Assembly (NCBI GenBank): GCA_963666515.2
Contig: OY762897.2
Coordinates: forward strand, 1,696,001-1,760,000
Direction: 5' to 3'
DNA from: Candidatus Binatia bacterium
GTDB taxonomy: Bacteria > Desulfobacterota > Binatia > UBA9968 > JAJDTQ01
Length of the DNA: 64,000 nt
Of this stretch, positions 38,014 through 49,248 are shown piece after piece. The stretch's first letter is position 1. Each line of letters opens with the position of its first letter. The notes beneath the pieces were generated by a model, which saw nothing but the letters and a program-made list of their open reading frames with translations, made no database searches and was not told where the DNA came from. Both the position numbers and the translations under genes were made by a program.

Positions 38014-38877
38014 ATGACGACACTTGCCGGCAGAAGAGCATTCAGGCCGTGGCGCTCACGCGCCAACCTTTCGGCCTGGACGCTTTCCGCGCCGGCAGTG
38101 CTGTTCATCGCCGTCCTGTTCGTCTATCCGCTGCTGGACGTCGTCGTCATCAGCTTCACCGACCCGACGCTGTCGCTCGTCCACTACCGGGAGTTCTTTT
38201 CGTCCCCACTCTATTCCAGGGTGCTGGGCAACACGTTCTGGTTCGCCTTCATGGTGACCGTGATCTGCCTGCTGCTGGGCTATCCCCTGGCCTACGTCAT
38301 CGTCCGTTACGGCGGCACCCTGGGCTTCGTGCTGCTGCTGGTGGTAGGCATGAGCTTCTGGACGAGCTTTCTGGTCCGCACCTACTCGTGGCTGGTGATC
38401 CTGGGCAGCAAGGGACCGGTCACCAAGCTGCTGGCCTGGATCGGCTTCGACCCGGTGCCGCAGATCCTGTTCAACAGCTTCGCCACCACCCTGGGCATGG
38501 TGCACATCCTGATCCCCTACATGATCCTGTCGATCTACGCGGCCATGCAGAAGATCGACCCCAACCACCTGCGCGCGGCCGCGAGCCTGGGCGCCACCCC
38601 GTTCCAGGGGTTCCGCACGGTCTTTCTGCCCTTGAGCCTGCCGGGCGTGGTCAACGGCTGCACGCTGGTCTTCATCATCTGCCTGGGCTTCTACGTGACG
38701 CCGGTGCTGCTGGGCGGACCGAGAGACCAGATGATCGCGGGGCTCATCGGCGAGCAGATCGAGGAGCTTCTCGAATGGGGCTTCGCCTCGGCCATGGCGG
38801 TGGTGCTGCTGGCGACCACCATGGCGCTGCTGGCCGTCTACAACCGGCTGGTGGGGCTGGACAAGCTCTGGGGATGA
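38014..38877 (+). CDS. ABC permease (PotB-like)
   Basis: LLGYPLAY, LVRTYSW, AAASLGA, P.LLGG. Confidence 0.92.
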   Translation: MTTLAGRRAFRPWRSRANLSAWTLSAPAVLFIAVLFVYPLLDVVVISFTDPTLSLVHYREFFSSPLYSRVLGNTFWFAFMVTVICLLLGYPLAYVIVRYGGTLGFVLLLVVGMSFWTSFLVRTYSWLVILGSKGPVTKLLAWIGFDPVPQILFNSFATTLGMVHILIPYMILSIYAAMQKIDPNHLRAAASLGATPFQGFRTVFLPLSLPGVVNGCTLVFIICLGFYVTPVLLGGPRDQMIAGLIGEQIEELLEWGFASAMAVVLLATTMALLAVYNRLVGLDKLWG

Positions 38878-39659
38878 GTGCGCCCATGAACTTCCTGAGA
38901 GCCGTCGCCATCGCCATCGGCGCCTTCATCGCCGCGCCGATGTTCATCGTCATCCCCATGTCGCTCAGCGACTCGCCCTCGTTCGCGTTCCCGCCCACGG
39001 GCTACTGGCTCGGCTACTACCGGGCATATTTCACCAACGAGTTGTGGACGACGCCGACCATCAACAGCGCCATCATCGCCACCGCCACCATGTTCGTGAC
39101 CATGGCGCTGGTGGTGCCGGCCTCCTTCGCGCTGGTGCGCTTCCGGTTCCCGGGCCGCGGGACGGTGAACTTCCTGCTGATGATGCCGCTCATGGTCCCC
39201 CACATCGTGCTGGCGCTGGGCTACTACGCCATCTTCAGCCCGGTGGGCCTCACCAACAACCACATCGGCGTCATCATCGCCCATACCTGCGTGTCCGTGC
39301 CCGTGGCCTTCCTGATCGTGTCCGCCACGCTCAAGGGTTTCGACCGCAACCTCGAGCGCGCCGCCATGAGCTCGGGGGCCGGACCGCTCCGGACCTTTCT
39401 CCACGTCACCCTGCCGGTGCTGCGGCCGGGCTTCCTGGTGGCGTCGCTGTTCGCCTTCCTCCACTCGTTCGACGAGACCGTCATCGCCATCTTCATCGCC
39501 GGGCGCGACGCCTCCACCCTGCCCCGGAAGATGTACGAAAGCGTGCGGCTGGAGGCCGACCCGGTGCTGGCGGTGGTGTCGAGCCTGCTGTTCACGCTGG
39601 TGCTGATCGGCACGGCGATCGCCGCGGTGACGCGCAAGAGGCCGGTCCATGCCACTTGA
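38874..39659 (+). CDS. ABC permease (PotC-like)
   Basis: LERAAMSSGA, SFDE, TLP.KM; ATGA overlap. Confidence 0.92.
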   Translation: MSAPMNFLRAVAIAIGAFIAAPMFIVIPMSLSDSPSFAFPPTGYWLGYYRAYFTNELWTTPTINSAIIATATMFVTMALVVPASFALVRFRFPGRGTVNFLLMMPLMVPHIVLALGYYAIFSPVGLTNNHIGVIIAHTCVSVPVAFLIVSATLKGFDRNLERAAMSSGAGPLRTFLHVTLPVLRPGFLVASLFAFLHSFDETVIAIFIAGRDASTLPRKMYESVRLEADPVLAVVSSLLFTLVLIGTAIAAVTRKRPVHAT

Positions 39660-41757
39660 GCGGCTCCTCAAGCCGAAATCCATCGCGGTCTACGGCGCCA
39701 GCGAGAACCGCGGGCCGGGGCGGCGCATCCTGGAGATGCTCGACAAGCTGGGCTACGAGGGCACGGTCTACCCGATCAATCCCAGGTACGAGACGGTGCT
39801 CGGGAAACGCTGTTATCCGGGCCTCGATGACGTCCCCGAAGGCATCGACGCCATCGTTTTCTGCGTCAACCACCGGCTGGTGACCGAGCCGTTCCAGCTT
39901 GCCGCAGCCCGCGGCTACGGCGCCGCGGTGGTGCTGGACGGCGGCTTCGCCGAAGTTGGCGAGGAAGGCCAGAGGCGGCAGGACGTGCTGGAAGCGGCCG
40001 CGCGCGGCGCCGGCATGGCGGTGTGCGGCCCGAACTGCATGGGCGTGCTGAGCCCGCACAACCGCACCAGCCTCTACACCTCGAATCTGCTGCATCCCGA
40101 GAAGCTCCCCGGCAACGTCGCCATCGTCACCCAGAGCGGCTCCATCGCCATCGGGCTCCTGACCGACTGCCGCCGGTTCGGCTTCAGCCACGTGGTCTCC
40201 ACCGGCAACGAAGCGGTCACCACCACCGCCGAGTTCATCGAGTACCTGGCCGACGACCCCGACACCCGGGTCATCGCGAGCTTCACCGAAACCATCCGTG
40301 ATCCGGAACGCTACGTCGCGGCCCTGGACAAGGCCGCGGACCGCGGCAAGCCCGTGGTGGTGCTCAAGGTCGGGCGCAACGACCGCACGCGCCGGGCGAT
40401 CACCAGCCACACCGGCGGCCTCGCGGGCGAGGCCCGTGTCTTCTCCGAGGTGCTCAAGCGGCACCGCGCCATCGAGGTCGGCGACATGGACGAGCTGACC
40501 GAGGTGCTGGCCTGCTGCCAAGGCGAGCGCTGGCCCAGTGGACGGAAGCTCGGCGTGATGACGGCGTCCGGCGGACAGGCCGAGCTGATCCTGGACGTCG
40601 CCGGGGCTGCCGGCCTGCGGCTGCTGCCGCTGTCCGAAGACGGCCGCCGCGAAGCCGAGCGCGTCATCGGCCCCCTGACCGGCGACGGCAACCCCCTCGA
40701 TGCCTGGGGCGACGGCAAGTTCGACGTGAACATCCCGCACGGACTGAAGGTGCTGGAGGACGAGCCCGACGTGGACTCCATCGTCCTGGTGAGCGACAGC
40801 CGCGACGACTCGCCCATGGTCCCCACCCAGTACACGCAGTACCTGGCCGAGACCGCCCAACGGACAACCAAGCCGTGCTATTTCATGAACACCCGGCCGG
40901 GGCTCTTCCGGCAGGAGTTCGCCGACGCGCTGCACGTGGCCGGAGTGCCCACCATCGGCGGGGCGCGTCAGGGCCTGGGCGCCGTGGATCGTCTGGCGCG
41001 CTGGTCCATGCCGCAGTTCGATCTCCTGCCCGAGCCGCCGCCGACCGCCCGGGTCGCCGCTTGCCTGCGCAACGGCAACCCGCAGCGCTCCCTCATCAAC
41101 GAGGTAGATGCCAAGAGGCTGCTCGGCGAGGCCGGCTTGCCGGTGGTCCGGGAAACTATCGTGGCGTCGCGGGATGAGGCGCTACGGGCCGCTCGTGACA
41201 TCGGCTATCCTGTGGTGCTTAAGGTGGCGTCCGACGGCATCCCGCACAAGTCGGACCTGGGGCTGGTGGCCGCGGGTCTCGCAGACGAGGCGGGCGTGGC
41301 GAGCGCGTTCGACGGCATGGCGGCGAAACTGGAAGGGCTCTCGCCCCCGCCGGCCGATGCCGTGTTCATCGTCCAGGCCATGGTCCGGGACGCGGTGGAG
41401 TTGTTCATGGGGGTGAGCCGCGACCCCGACTTCGGACCGGTTTTGGCGTTCGGGTTCGGCGGCGTCCTGGTGGAGGTATTCGACGACGTGGCCCTTCGGC
41501 CGCTGCCGCTCCGCGACGGCGACGTCAATGCCATGATCGGCGAGACCCGGGGCCGGCGCCTGCTGGGCGGCGTACGCGGCCAAGCCCCTCGCGACGTCCA
41601 GGCGGTGCGCGAATGCCTGACCGCCCTCGGCGAGTTCGCCTGGGCCGAGCGGGACTCCGTCGCCGAAATCGACCTGAACCCGGTGATGTCGCTCCCCCGG
41701 GGCCAGGGATGCCTCGTGGTGGACGCGCTGATCATCCCGCGGGAGAACGACACATGA
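39649..41757 (+). CDS. NDP-forming acyl-CoA synthetase (acetate--CoA ligase family)
   Basis: PKSIAVYGAS, GPNCMG, phospho-His SHTG, GNPLD, ATP-grasp HKSD.G, DLNP. Confidence 0.9.
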   Translation: MPLERLLKPKSIAVYGASENRGPGRRILEMLDKLGYEGTVYPINPRYETVLGKRCYPGLDDVPEGIDAIVFCVNHRLVTEPFQLAAARGYGAAVVLDGGFAEVGEEGQRRQDVLEAAARGAGMAVCGPNCMGVLSPHNRTSLYTSNLLHPEKLPGNVAIVTQSGSIAIGLLTDCRRFGFSHVVSTGNEAVTTTAEFIEYLADDPDTRVIASFTETIRDPERYVAALDKAADRGKPVVVLKVGRNDRTRRAITSHTGGLAGEARVFSEVLKRHRAIEVGDMDELTEVLACCQGERWPSGRKLGVMTASGGQAELILDVAGAAGLRLLPLSEDGRREAERVIGPLTGDGNPLDAWGDGKFDVNIPHGLKVLEDEPDVDSIVLVSDSRDDSPMVPTQYTQYLAETAQRTTKPCYFMNTRPGLFRQEFADALHVAGVPTIGGARQGLGAVDRLARWSMPQFDLLPEPPPTARVAACLRNGNPQRSLINEVDAKRLLGEAGLPVVRETIVASRDEALRAARDIGYPVVLKVASDGIPHKSDLGLVAAGLADEAGVASAFDGMAAKLEGLSPPPADAVFIVQAMVRDAVELFMGVSRDPDFGPVLAFGFGGVLVEVFDDVALRPLPLRDGDVNAMIGETRGRRLLGGVRGQAPRDVQAVRECLTALGEFAWAERDSVAEIDLNPVMSLPRGQGCLVVDALIIPRENDT

Positions 41758-42574
41758 CGGATTCGGAACAGGTGCTCACCTACCGCAAGGACGGCGACAT
41801 CGGCATCATCTCGCTCAACCGGCCAGAAAAGCGCAACGCCCTCAACCGGGCGCTTTCGCAGGCGCTGATGGAGGCCCTGGACGCGGCCGACCAGGACCCC
41901 GGCGTCACCGTCATCGTGCTGCGCAGCGAGGGCAAGAGCTTCTGCGCCGGCCACGACGTCGAGCGCAGCGATCCGGAGCGGGAAAAGGACCGCCACCATG
42001 CCATCCGCACGCACCACCGACTGAGCCGCGGGCTCAGGCTGGCCACCGCCATCTGGGACCTGCACACGCCCATCATCGCGTCCGTCCAGGGACACGCCCT
42101 GGGCGAGGGCTGCGTCATGACCATGCTCTGCGACCTGACCATCGCCGCGGAGGACGCCCTGTTCGGGGAGCCGGAAATCCGCTTCGCCGGGCCCGCCACC
42201 GCCATGATGATGCCCTGGGTCATCGGCCTGAAGCGCGCCCGCGAGCTGATCTACATGGGCGACATGATCGGTGCCGAGGAGGCGAAGGACATCGGCATGG
42301 TCAACCGAGTGGTGCCCGCCGACCAGCTTGAAGAGGCGACGATCAAATACGCCCGGCGTCTGGCCCTGATCGGCCCCGAGGCGCTCTTCTGCGCGCGGAC
42401 CGCCATCAACCGCATCCTGGAGGCACAGGGCATTCGCATGGCCTTCAACAGCTCGGTGGACCTCATCGCGCCCACCTACGCCACCGAGTCGCAGGTGCAC
42501 CGCGACTTCCAGGCCAAGGTCGCCGAGCTGGGGCTGGCGGGAGCCTTCAAGTGGCGGCGCGACCAGTTCAAGGA

Positions 42575-42578
<4 letters not shown>
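41754..42578 (+). CDS. Enoyl-CoA hydratase/isomerase family protein
   Basis: LNRPEKRNAL, FCAGHD, FGEPE. Confidence 0.9.
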
Positions 42579-43660
<1,082 letters not shown>

Positions 43661-43686
43661 TGTCAAGTCGCGCAAATGCATTATTC

Positions 43687-43715
43687 TTGAATTGACCGGT
43701 CTGACCAGTTATTGT
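43687..43715 (+). promoter_or_regulatory. Promoter/operator of the Phd-PIN TA module
   Basis: TTGAAT N17 TATTGT with TGACCRG direct repeats in the spacer; ATG 7 nt after the -10. Confidence 0.55.
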
Positions 43716-43722
43716 GTGGCCC

Positions 43723-43998
43723 ATGAGCATTACGTATTCGGCTTACGACGCCAAGGCACGGTTCTCCGAGGTCCTCCGGCAGGTGCGCGATGGGAAGACG
43801 GTCACGGTTTCCTACCGAGGAACGCCCGTGGCCGAGATTCGCGCTCTCCGCGAACCGCCGGGAACCATCGAAGCACGCCTTGACGATCTCCAACGGCAGG
43901 GAATCCTGGTTGGTTCCGGCGAACCCAGGAAGCCCATGAAGCCGCTGAAACGAAGCCCCGGCGCTCTCAAGCGGTTTCTCGCCGAGCGCGGTGAATGA
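43723..43998 (+). CDS. Phd/YefM family antitoxin
   Basis: DAKARFSEVLRQV..G..V.V..RG.PVA. Confidence 0.9.
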   Translation: MSITYSAYDAKARFSEVLRQVRDGKTVTVSYRGTPVAEIRALREPPGTIEARLDDLQRQGILVGSGEPRKPMKPLKRSPGALKRFLAERGE

Positions 43999-44375
43999 GC
44001 GTCGCCTACGTCGATACGTCCGCCCTCGTGGCTGTTGCCTTCGACGAGCGCGGTGCGGCTGCCTGTTCTCGAAAGCTTGACACGTTTTCCCGTCTCGTGT
44101 CCTCGAACTTGCTCGAAGCCGAACTGCGTGCGGTATTCGCACGCGAGAAACACCGATTCACTCCGAGCATAGTCTCCGGCATCGAGTGGGTGCTCCCGGA
44201 CCGGCCGCTGACTCACGAGTTCGAGACCGTGCTCAACGCAGGCTACCTTCGGGGCGCCGACCTGTGGCACGTAGCGACGGCCCTCTACGTCACGCCGGAG
44301 CCGGGAGAGATCTCATTCATTACGCTCGACCGCCGGCAACGCAACGTTGCCATGGCGCTCGGCTTCCAGGTCTGA
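43995..44375 (+). CDS. PIN-domain (VapC) toxin
   Basis: YVDTSAL, LEAE, LRGADLWH, TLD.RQ; ATGA overlap. Confidence 0.88.
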   Translation: MSVAYVDTSALVAVAFDERGAAACSRKLDTFSRLVSSNLLEAELRAVFAREKHRFTPSIVSGIEWVLPDRPLTHEFETVLNAGYLRGADLWHVATALYVTPEPGEISFITLDRRQRNVAMALGFQV

Positions 44376-44491
44376 AACGGCTGACGCAAGGTCGGTTTGA
44401 ACCCACCGGTCCCCGCTGCCGGTGCCGATTCGATTGACAACCCCATGGGGATTTGTCATGGACGGACATAGCCCGCCCACAGGAGGTCATC

Positions 44492-45814
44492 ATGGCATAC
44501 AGCGCCAAGGGTCGTACCAAGGACTTTCCCGTCTTCGACTGCGACAGCCACATCTACGAGCCCCCGGAGGTCTGGGACAAGTACATTCCCGAGCGCCATC
44601 GGGCGTTCGCCAAGACGCATTTCTACCGGGACGCCGACCAGCTCGTGCTGGTGCGGAACTCGCGCATCAGTTTCCGCAGCCCAAACGACTGGAAGTATCC
44701 GGCTGAGACGTGGCACCCGGGCCTGACCAAGGATGAGATCGGCAGCGTCCAGCCCGGCACCCCGGAATGGGACAAGAAAATCGGCCGCAACGCCAGCGCC
44801 CGGGACCCACACGTGCGGCTCAAGGACATGGACGCGTCGGGCATCGACCAGGTGATGATCTTCCCCTCCACGTTCGTCTACCTGCCGCTGGTGGAGAACG
44901 CCGAGGCCGCGCACCTGTGCGCGCGGGCCTACAACGACTGGGTCTACGACTATTGCGGCGCCGATCGGAAACGGATGTACCCGGCCGCTGTGCTGCCCTT
45001 GCAGGAAGTGGACCGGGCCATCGACGAGTTGCGGCGGGTGGCCAAGCGCGGCTTCAAGTCCGCGCTGGTGCGGCCCATCATCGCGCTGAACCGCTATCCC
45101 ACCTTCCCCGAGTTCGATCCCCTGTGGAAGGAGTTCGAGGAACTCGGCATCGTGCTCGGCATGCACACCTTCCCGTCCCGCGGCGAGGCCATGTCGCCGG
45201 GTCTGGCGGAGCGCATGGGCGCCGACCGCAGGCGCCTTTTCGGCGACGAGGACATCCTGGTCTACTCGCCCGGCCAGTTCGTCGCCAACATCATGCAGGC
45301 CATGGGGTCCAAGCAGGCCGGCGACGCCGCCTACGGCTTCATCGCCGAGGCCATGACCTGGACCGGCGTGGTGCTGATGACCGGCTGGCTGGAGAAGTTC
45401 CCGCGCCTCAAGGTGGCGATCCTGGAGTCCAACTCGAGCTGGCTGCCGCTGGTGCTGGAGAAGGCTGAAGGCTATCTCGACCTCTATCGCCACACCAACG
45501 AGAACATCGGCGACCCCAAGGAGGTCTTCTACAAGAGCTGCCACATCGCCTTCGAGGGCGACGAGGAGATCACCTTCCGGCTGTGGGACCTGTACGAGGA
45601 CATCGGCTTGTGGTCCTCCGACATGCCCCATCTCGACGCCTCCGACGTCTGGGAAGCCATCGACAACATGAACAAGCACAACGTCCCGAAACGCGCCCAG
45701 GAGAAGATGCTGGGCGGCAACGCCCGCCGCCTATACGGCATCGAGCCGGAACTCGTGGTCACCCAGGCGCCGGACGAGTACACGCCCGTCACCATGTCGC
45801 GGTTTGCGTCGTAG
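44492..45814 (+). CDS. Amidohydrolase_2 family protein
   Basis: DCDSHIYE, AYNDW, GMH, LES, WSSDMPH, GGNA.RLY. Confidence 0.88.
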   Translation: MAYSAKGRTKDFPVFDCDSHIYEPPEVWDKYIPERHRAFAKTHFYRDADQLVLVRNSRISFRSPNDWKYPAETWHPGLTKDEIGSVQPGTPEWDKKIGRNASARDPHVRLKDMDASGIDQVMIFPSTFVYLPLVENAEAAHLCARAYNDWVYDYCGADRKRMYPAAVLPLQEVDRAIDELRRVAKRGFKSALVRPIIALNRYPTFPEFDPLWKEFEELGIVLGMHTFPSRGEAMSPGLAERMGADRRRLFGDEDILVYSPGQFVANIMQAMGSKQAGDAAYGFIAEAMTWTGVVLMTGWLEKFPRLKVAILESNSSWLPLVLEKAEGYLDLYRHTNENIGDPKEVFYKSCHIAFEGDEEITFRLWDLYEDIGLWSSDMPHLDASDVWEAIDNMNKHNVPKRAQEKMLGGNARRLYGIEPELVVTQAPDEYTPVTMSRFAS

Positions 45815-45853
45815 GGTGCCGATCTAACGTCCCAACACAACGGAACGTGCCCA

Positions 45854-46228
45854 ATGATCTGCGTGATAAACTACAAAATTGAAGACGCTGACGGTGAAGA
45901 TGCTGCCATTTACGACAATCTCCATCACACTCTCGAAGCCCTCAACGCCCGCTCGTTAGAAACGAACCCAGAATTCTCCGCTACTATGCGGTCCCGGTCC
46001 CCATGGGTAGTCCGCATAAAGCAAAAACGAAACGCTTCACGAATACTACTCGAAACAATCCGTATCAGTATCGAACCCCGTTACCTAAATCGTATCTGTC
46101 TGCTTATATCCATCGAACCTGTCTCCTACCGCGTCAACCTCTCGCCGTTCGATGAATTGACCGAGCTTGACGTCACAAGAGCACTGGCTGAGGCGAAAGC
46201 ACAACTCACCCTGGGTTTGGGTCAATGA
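45854..46228 (+). CDS. Hypothetical protein, lower GC
   Basis: 124-aa ORF with atypical AT-richer codons; no recognised motif. Confidence 0.4.
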   Translation: MICVINYKIEDADGEDAAIYDNLHHTLEALNARSLETNPEFSATMRSRSPWVVRIKQKRNASRILLETIRISIEPRYLNRICLLISIEPVSYRVNLSPFDELTELDVTRALAEAKAQLTLGLGQ

Positions 46229-46255
46229 GCAGGCTGGAGATAGCAGGAGAAAGCC

Positions 46256-46672
46256 ATACTTTACATCGCCTTCATCCATAGAGACGGGGACCCCGGTTTC
46301 GGCATCAGCTTTCCCGACTTTCCGGGTTGCGTGTCCGACGGCGAGATGATTGATGAGACGATCCAGCGAGGCGCCAGCGCTCTCGCCTTCCACATCGAGG
46401 GCATGATCGAGGACGGGGAGCCCATTCCAGCGCCGCGGTCCCTTCAGGATATAGAAAGGGACCCAAGCCTTATGGAATGGCGGGAGGGGGCGACTATCTG
46501 TTTCATCCCCGCGGTCATCGACAAAGGGTCACCCCGACGGGTGAATATCTCGCTGGATTACGGTCTCTTGCAGGCCATTGATGACGAGGCCAAGCGGCGC
46601 GGCATGACACGATCCGCGTTTCTTTCCAGCGCGGCCCGAAACGAGATCCAGGAGAGAAATCTCGGCAGATAA
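46256..46672 (+). CDS. HicB family antitoxin (RHH C-terminus), ATA at expected start
   Basis: YIAFIH..FGISFPDFPGCVS.G..AL.FHIEGM; RVNISLD..ID..A..RG.TRS.F; AGGAG 6 nt before ATA 46256. Confidence 0.8.
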   Translation: MLYIAFIHRDGDPGFGISFPDFPGCVSDGEMIDETIQRGASALAFHIEGMIEDGEPIPAPRSLQDIERDPSLMEWREGATICFIPAVIDKGSPRRVNISLDYGLLQAIDDEAKRRGMTRSAFLSSAARNEIQERNLGR

Positions 46673-46696
46673 ATCAACCACGATCGAGCGAACGCC

Positions 46697-46846
46697 ATGC
46701 CTACCGTGCCATACAGGACGAGCGACTACCTCATGACTTCTCAAGCAATCGTTGAATATCTCTGCTTGGTGCTCGACGACCCCGAAAGCGATGACAAGGA
46801 CTTGCTGATCGCCCTCTACAACCTCGCTGAAGCGACATCCAACTAA
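46697..46846 (+). pseudogene. Truncated addiction-module antidote (HI1420/HigA-like N-terminus)
   Basis: 49-aa ORF MPTVPYRTSDYL..AIVEYL..VLDD..LLIAL.NLAEA, lacks HTH. Confidence 0.45.
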
Positions 46847-47598
46847 CTACCGACCACAGGTCCCAGGTCCGGCATCTCGGACAGGAGCCGGCCATAGCCC
46901 GGGATGGGCTGGCGGAAGCCCAGGCGTAGCTGGGTTTCCCAGCTTCGGGCGGTGAGGGGGTAGATTACCGGCACGCCTACGCTGTTCTCGATGTCTTCGA
47001 GGACGTCCAGGATCTTCCAGGCGGAGCCCAGCAGGTAGAGGGCCTCGGCGCCGGGGTGGCGGCGGAACGACTGCTTGAGGTGCTCGGCGATGTCGGTGGC
47101 CGGGATGTTGGGCACCTCGTGGAACGGTGCGTCCATGCCCTCCATGGCGATGACGGCGAAGCCGGCCTCCCGCAGATACTTGGCGAAGATGTCGTTGAGG
47201 TTGTCGGGCAGGTAGGTGCCGCCGAGCAGCCGCTTGACCCCCAACGCCTTCATGGCGCGGACATGGTTCTGCCCGGAGGTGAACATGGGCACGCCGTACT
47301 TCTCCTCCCAGCCCCGGATCACCCGGCTTTCGCCGTCGAACCCCAGGATCATGAAGGGCGGCGCGCCGAGCACGCGGATCAGGTCAGGCTTCTCACCCAT
47401 GAGGCCCGCGGCCTTGGCCTCGTAGCTGGGGATGGAGCGGGCGAATTCCTCCTCGGTCCCCTCCTGGAAGTCCATGGTGACGTGGACGAGCCGGATGGCC
47501 GGCGGCAGCCGGCGGTCGAGTTCGTTGTCGCCGAGGGTTCCGGTGCGGTTGGTTGGCCAGACGGAGCCCACCACGAATTCACGGTCTTGTGCAGACAT
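46843..47598 (-). CDS. Maleate isomerase / Asp-Glu racemase superfamily protein (no Cys)
   Basis: ALGVKRL..TY...N...YLREAGF.V, IE..VGVPVI; catalytic positions read GAPP and GSAW. Confidence 0.75.
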   Translation of the reverse strand: MSAQDREFVVGSVWPTNRTGTLGDNELDRRLPPAIRLVHVTMDFQEGTEEEFARSIPSYEAKAAGLMGEKPDLIRVLGAPPFMILGFDGESRVIRGWEEKYGVPMFTSGQNHVRAMKALGVKRLLGGTYLPDNLNDIFAKYLREAGFAVIAMEGMDAPFHEVPNIPATDIAEHLKQSFRRHPGAEALYLLGSAWKILDVLEDIENSVGVPVIYPLTARSWETQLRLGFRQPIPGYGRLLSEMPDLGPVVGS

Positions 47599-47647
47599 GT
47601 CCGTTCAGTCCTCGTACGGCAGGTGGGACTCGTCAGGGTTCCCCAGC

Positions 47648-48070
47648 CTACTCGCGCGGCAACTCGTAGCTGATCATCCAGCCGATGCCGAACCGGTCGG
47701 TCCAACTGCCGAAGTAGGAACCCCAAAAGGTCTCCTGCATCGGCATCGTGACCGTGCCTCCCTCCGAGAGTCTCGCAAAAACCTCGTCGCAGTGCTCCCT
47801 GCTCTCACCGTCGATGGATATCGCGAAGTTGGTGCCCTGAACCGGAAGCGGACCGAAGGTCGAGATGCTGTCGCTTCCCATCAGAACGCCCGATCCAACG
47901 GGCAATGCGACGTGCATGACGAGGTCCTTCTCCTCCTCCGCCACGTTCATGTCCGGCGGCCCGTCGCCGAAGGTCTGCAGAGTCTGGTACTCGCCGCCGA
48001 AGACCGAGCGGTACAACTCGAACGCCTCCCGGCAATTGCCGTCGAAGAAGAGATAGGTATTGAGCGACAT
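47648..48070 (-). CDS. VOC family protein (PhnB-like)
   Basis: YLFFDGNCREAF.LY.SVFG, VMHV, MPMQETFWG, DRFGIGW. Confidence 0.92.
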   Translation of the reverse strand: MSLNTYLFFDGNCREAFELYRSVFGGEYQTLQTFGDGPPDMNVAEEEKDLVMHVALPVGSGVLMGSDSISTFGPLPVQGTNFAISIDGESREHCDEVFARLSEGGTVTMPMQETFWGSYFGSWTDRFGIGWMISYELPRE

Positions 48071-48085
48071 TGTAAATCTCCCCTG

Positions 48086-49216
48086 CTAGAACCCGTACAA
48101 CCGCGCCGGGTTGCCATCCAGGATCGCGCTCTTGCCCGACTCGCTCACGTCGTCCCGCTCCAGCAGCGTTTTGGCGGCGAAGCGCTCACGGTCCGAGTGG
48201 GGCATGTCGGAGCCGAAGACGATCTGGCCCTCCCCCACCAAGTCCAGGACCTGGGGCAGCAGGCTGTCCTCGACCTCGGCGCTCCAGTACAGGTTGCCGC
48301 TGCGGACGTAGGCGTCGGGCTCGGCCGCGGCGTTGACCTTGATTTCGGGATAGAGGTCCGCCATGGTCCGGGCGTAGGGGAAGCGGTGGTTGAGGCGGTC
48401 TAGGACGAAGGGTATCCACAGGCAGCCGCCCTCCAGGAAGACGACCCGGAGGTTGGGGAACCGGTCGAGCAGACCGCCGGTCATGAAGGCGACGAACCCC
48501 ATCATCAGCGGCATGAGGAACGCCGTGATCCACGACGGGTAGAGGTCGCTGTAGAGGTTGTTGAACGACGGCCAGGACCAGCCCACGTGCACCCCCAGGG
48601 TCAGGTCCGACTCCGCCATGGCCTCGTAGAAAGGCAGCAGCGCGGGGTCGTCGAGCATGCGGTCGCCGGCGGTGCCCAGCACCATGATCGCCGAGGCGCC
48701 GAGGCTCCTGGCCTCCTGCACCACGCGCACGGCCCCGGCGGCGTCGTCCAGGTTGACCACGCCGGCCCACTTGAGCCGCTCGTTGCCGGAGAGCGTGTCG
48801 CCCATCCAGCGGTTGTACGACGAGCACAGCGCGGTGGCGAGGGCCGGGTCGGAGGCCAGCGGATAGGCGAGAAAAAGCGTCGGATAGATGACCTGGACGT
48901 CGATGTTCTCGGCGTCCAGGGCCTCGATGCGGGCCTTCACGTCCGTCAGTTCCTGGCTGTCCAGGCTGTCGAGGAGTTCCCCCTCGATGAACGCGCCGAG
49001 CCGGGTGGGCTTGCCGTTCACACGGGCCGGCGTGCTCAGGTTGTTGCAGCCGGTGCCCGCTCGCCGCGGGAAGACCTGATCGTCGATCTTCCAGCAGGAG
49101 CGCTCCTCCGACGTCACGATCACGGGTCGCCGGGAACGGAACCCCGGGTCCAGGTATCTGTCGTCGAACGTCGCGGGATGCTCGTTCACGTGACCGTCTG
49201 CGTCGATGACTCGCAT
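48086..49216 (-). CDS. Amidohydrolase_2 family protein (tandem copy A)
   Basis: IDADGHV, YNRW, GVH, FLE.G, GSDMPH. Confidence 0.9.
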   Translation of the reverse strand: MRVIDADGHVNEHPATFDDRYLDPGFRSRRPVIVTSEERSCWKIDDQVFPRRAGTGCNNLSTPARVNGKPTRLGAFIEGELLDSLDSQELTDVKARIEALDAENIDVQVIYPTLFLAYPLASDPALATALCSSYNRWMGDTLSGNERLKWAGVVNLDDAAGAVRVVQEARSLGASAIMVLGTAGDRMLDDPALLPFYEAMAESDLTLGVHVGWSWPSFNNLYSDLYPSWITAFLMPLMMGFVAFMTGGLLDRFPNLRVVFLEGGCLWIPFVLDRLNHRFPYARTMADLYPEIKVNAAAEPDAYVRSGNLYWSAEVEDSLLPQVLDLVGEGQIVFGSDMPHSDRERFAAKTLLERDDVSESGKSAILDGNPARLYGF

Positions 49217-49248
49217 GGGTGTAGCCTTTGCCGATTCCGAGGTCCCGC

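Noticed and set aside
44386-44407. Extra family-B REP copy
   Set aside because: Too degenerate (GCAAGGTCGGTTTGAACCCACC) to call
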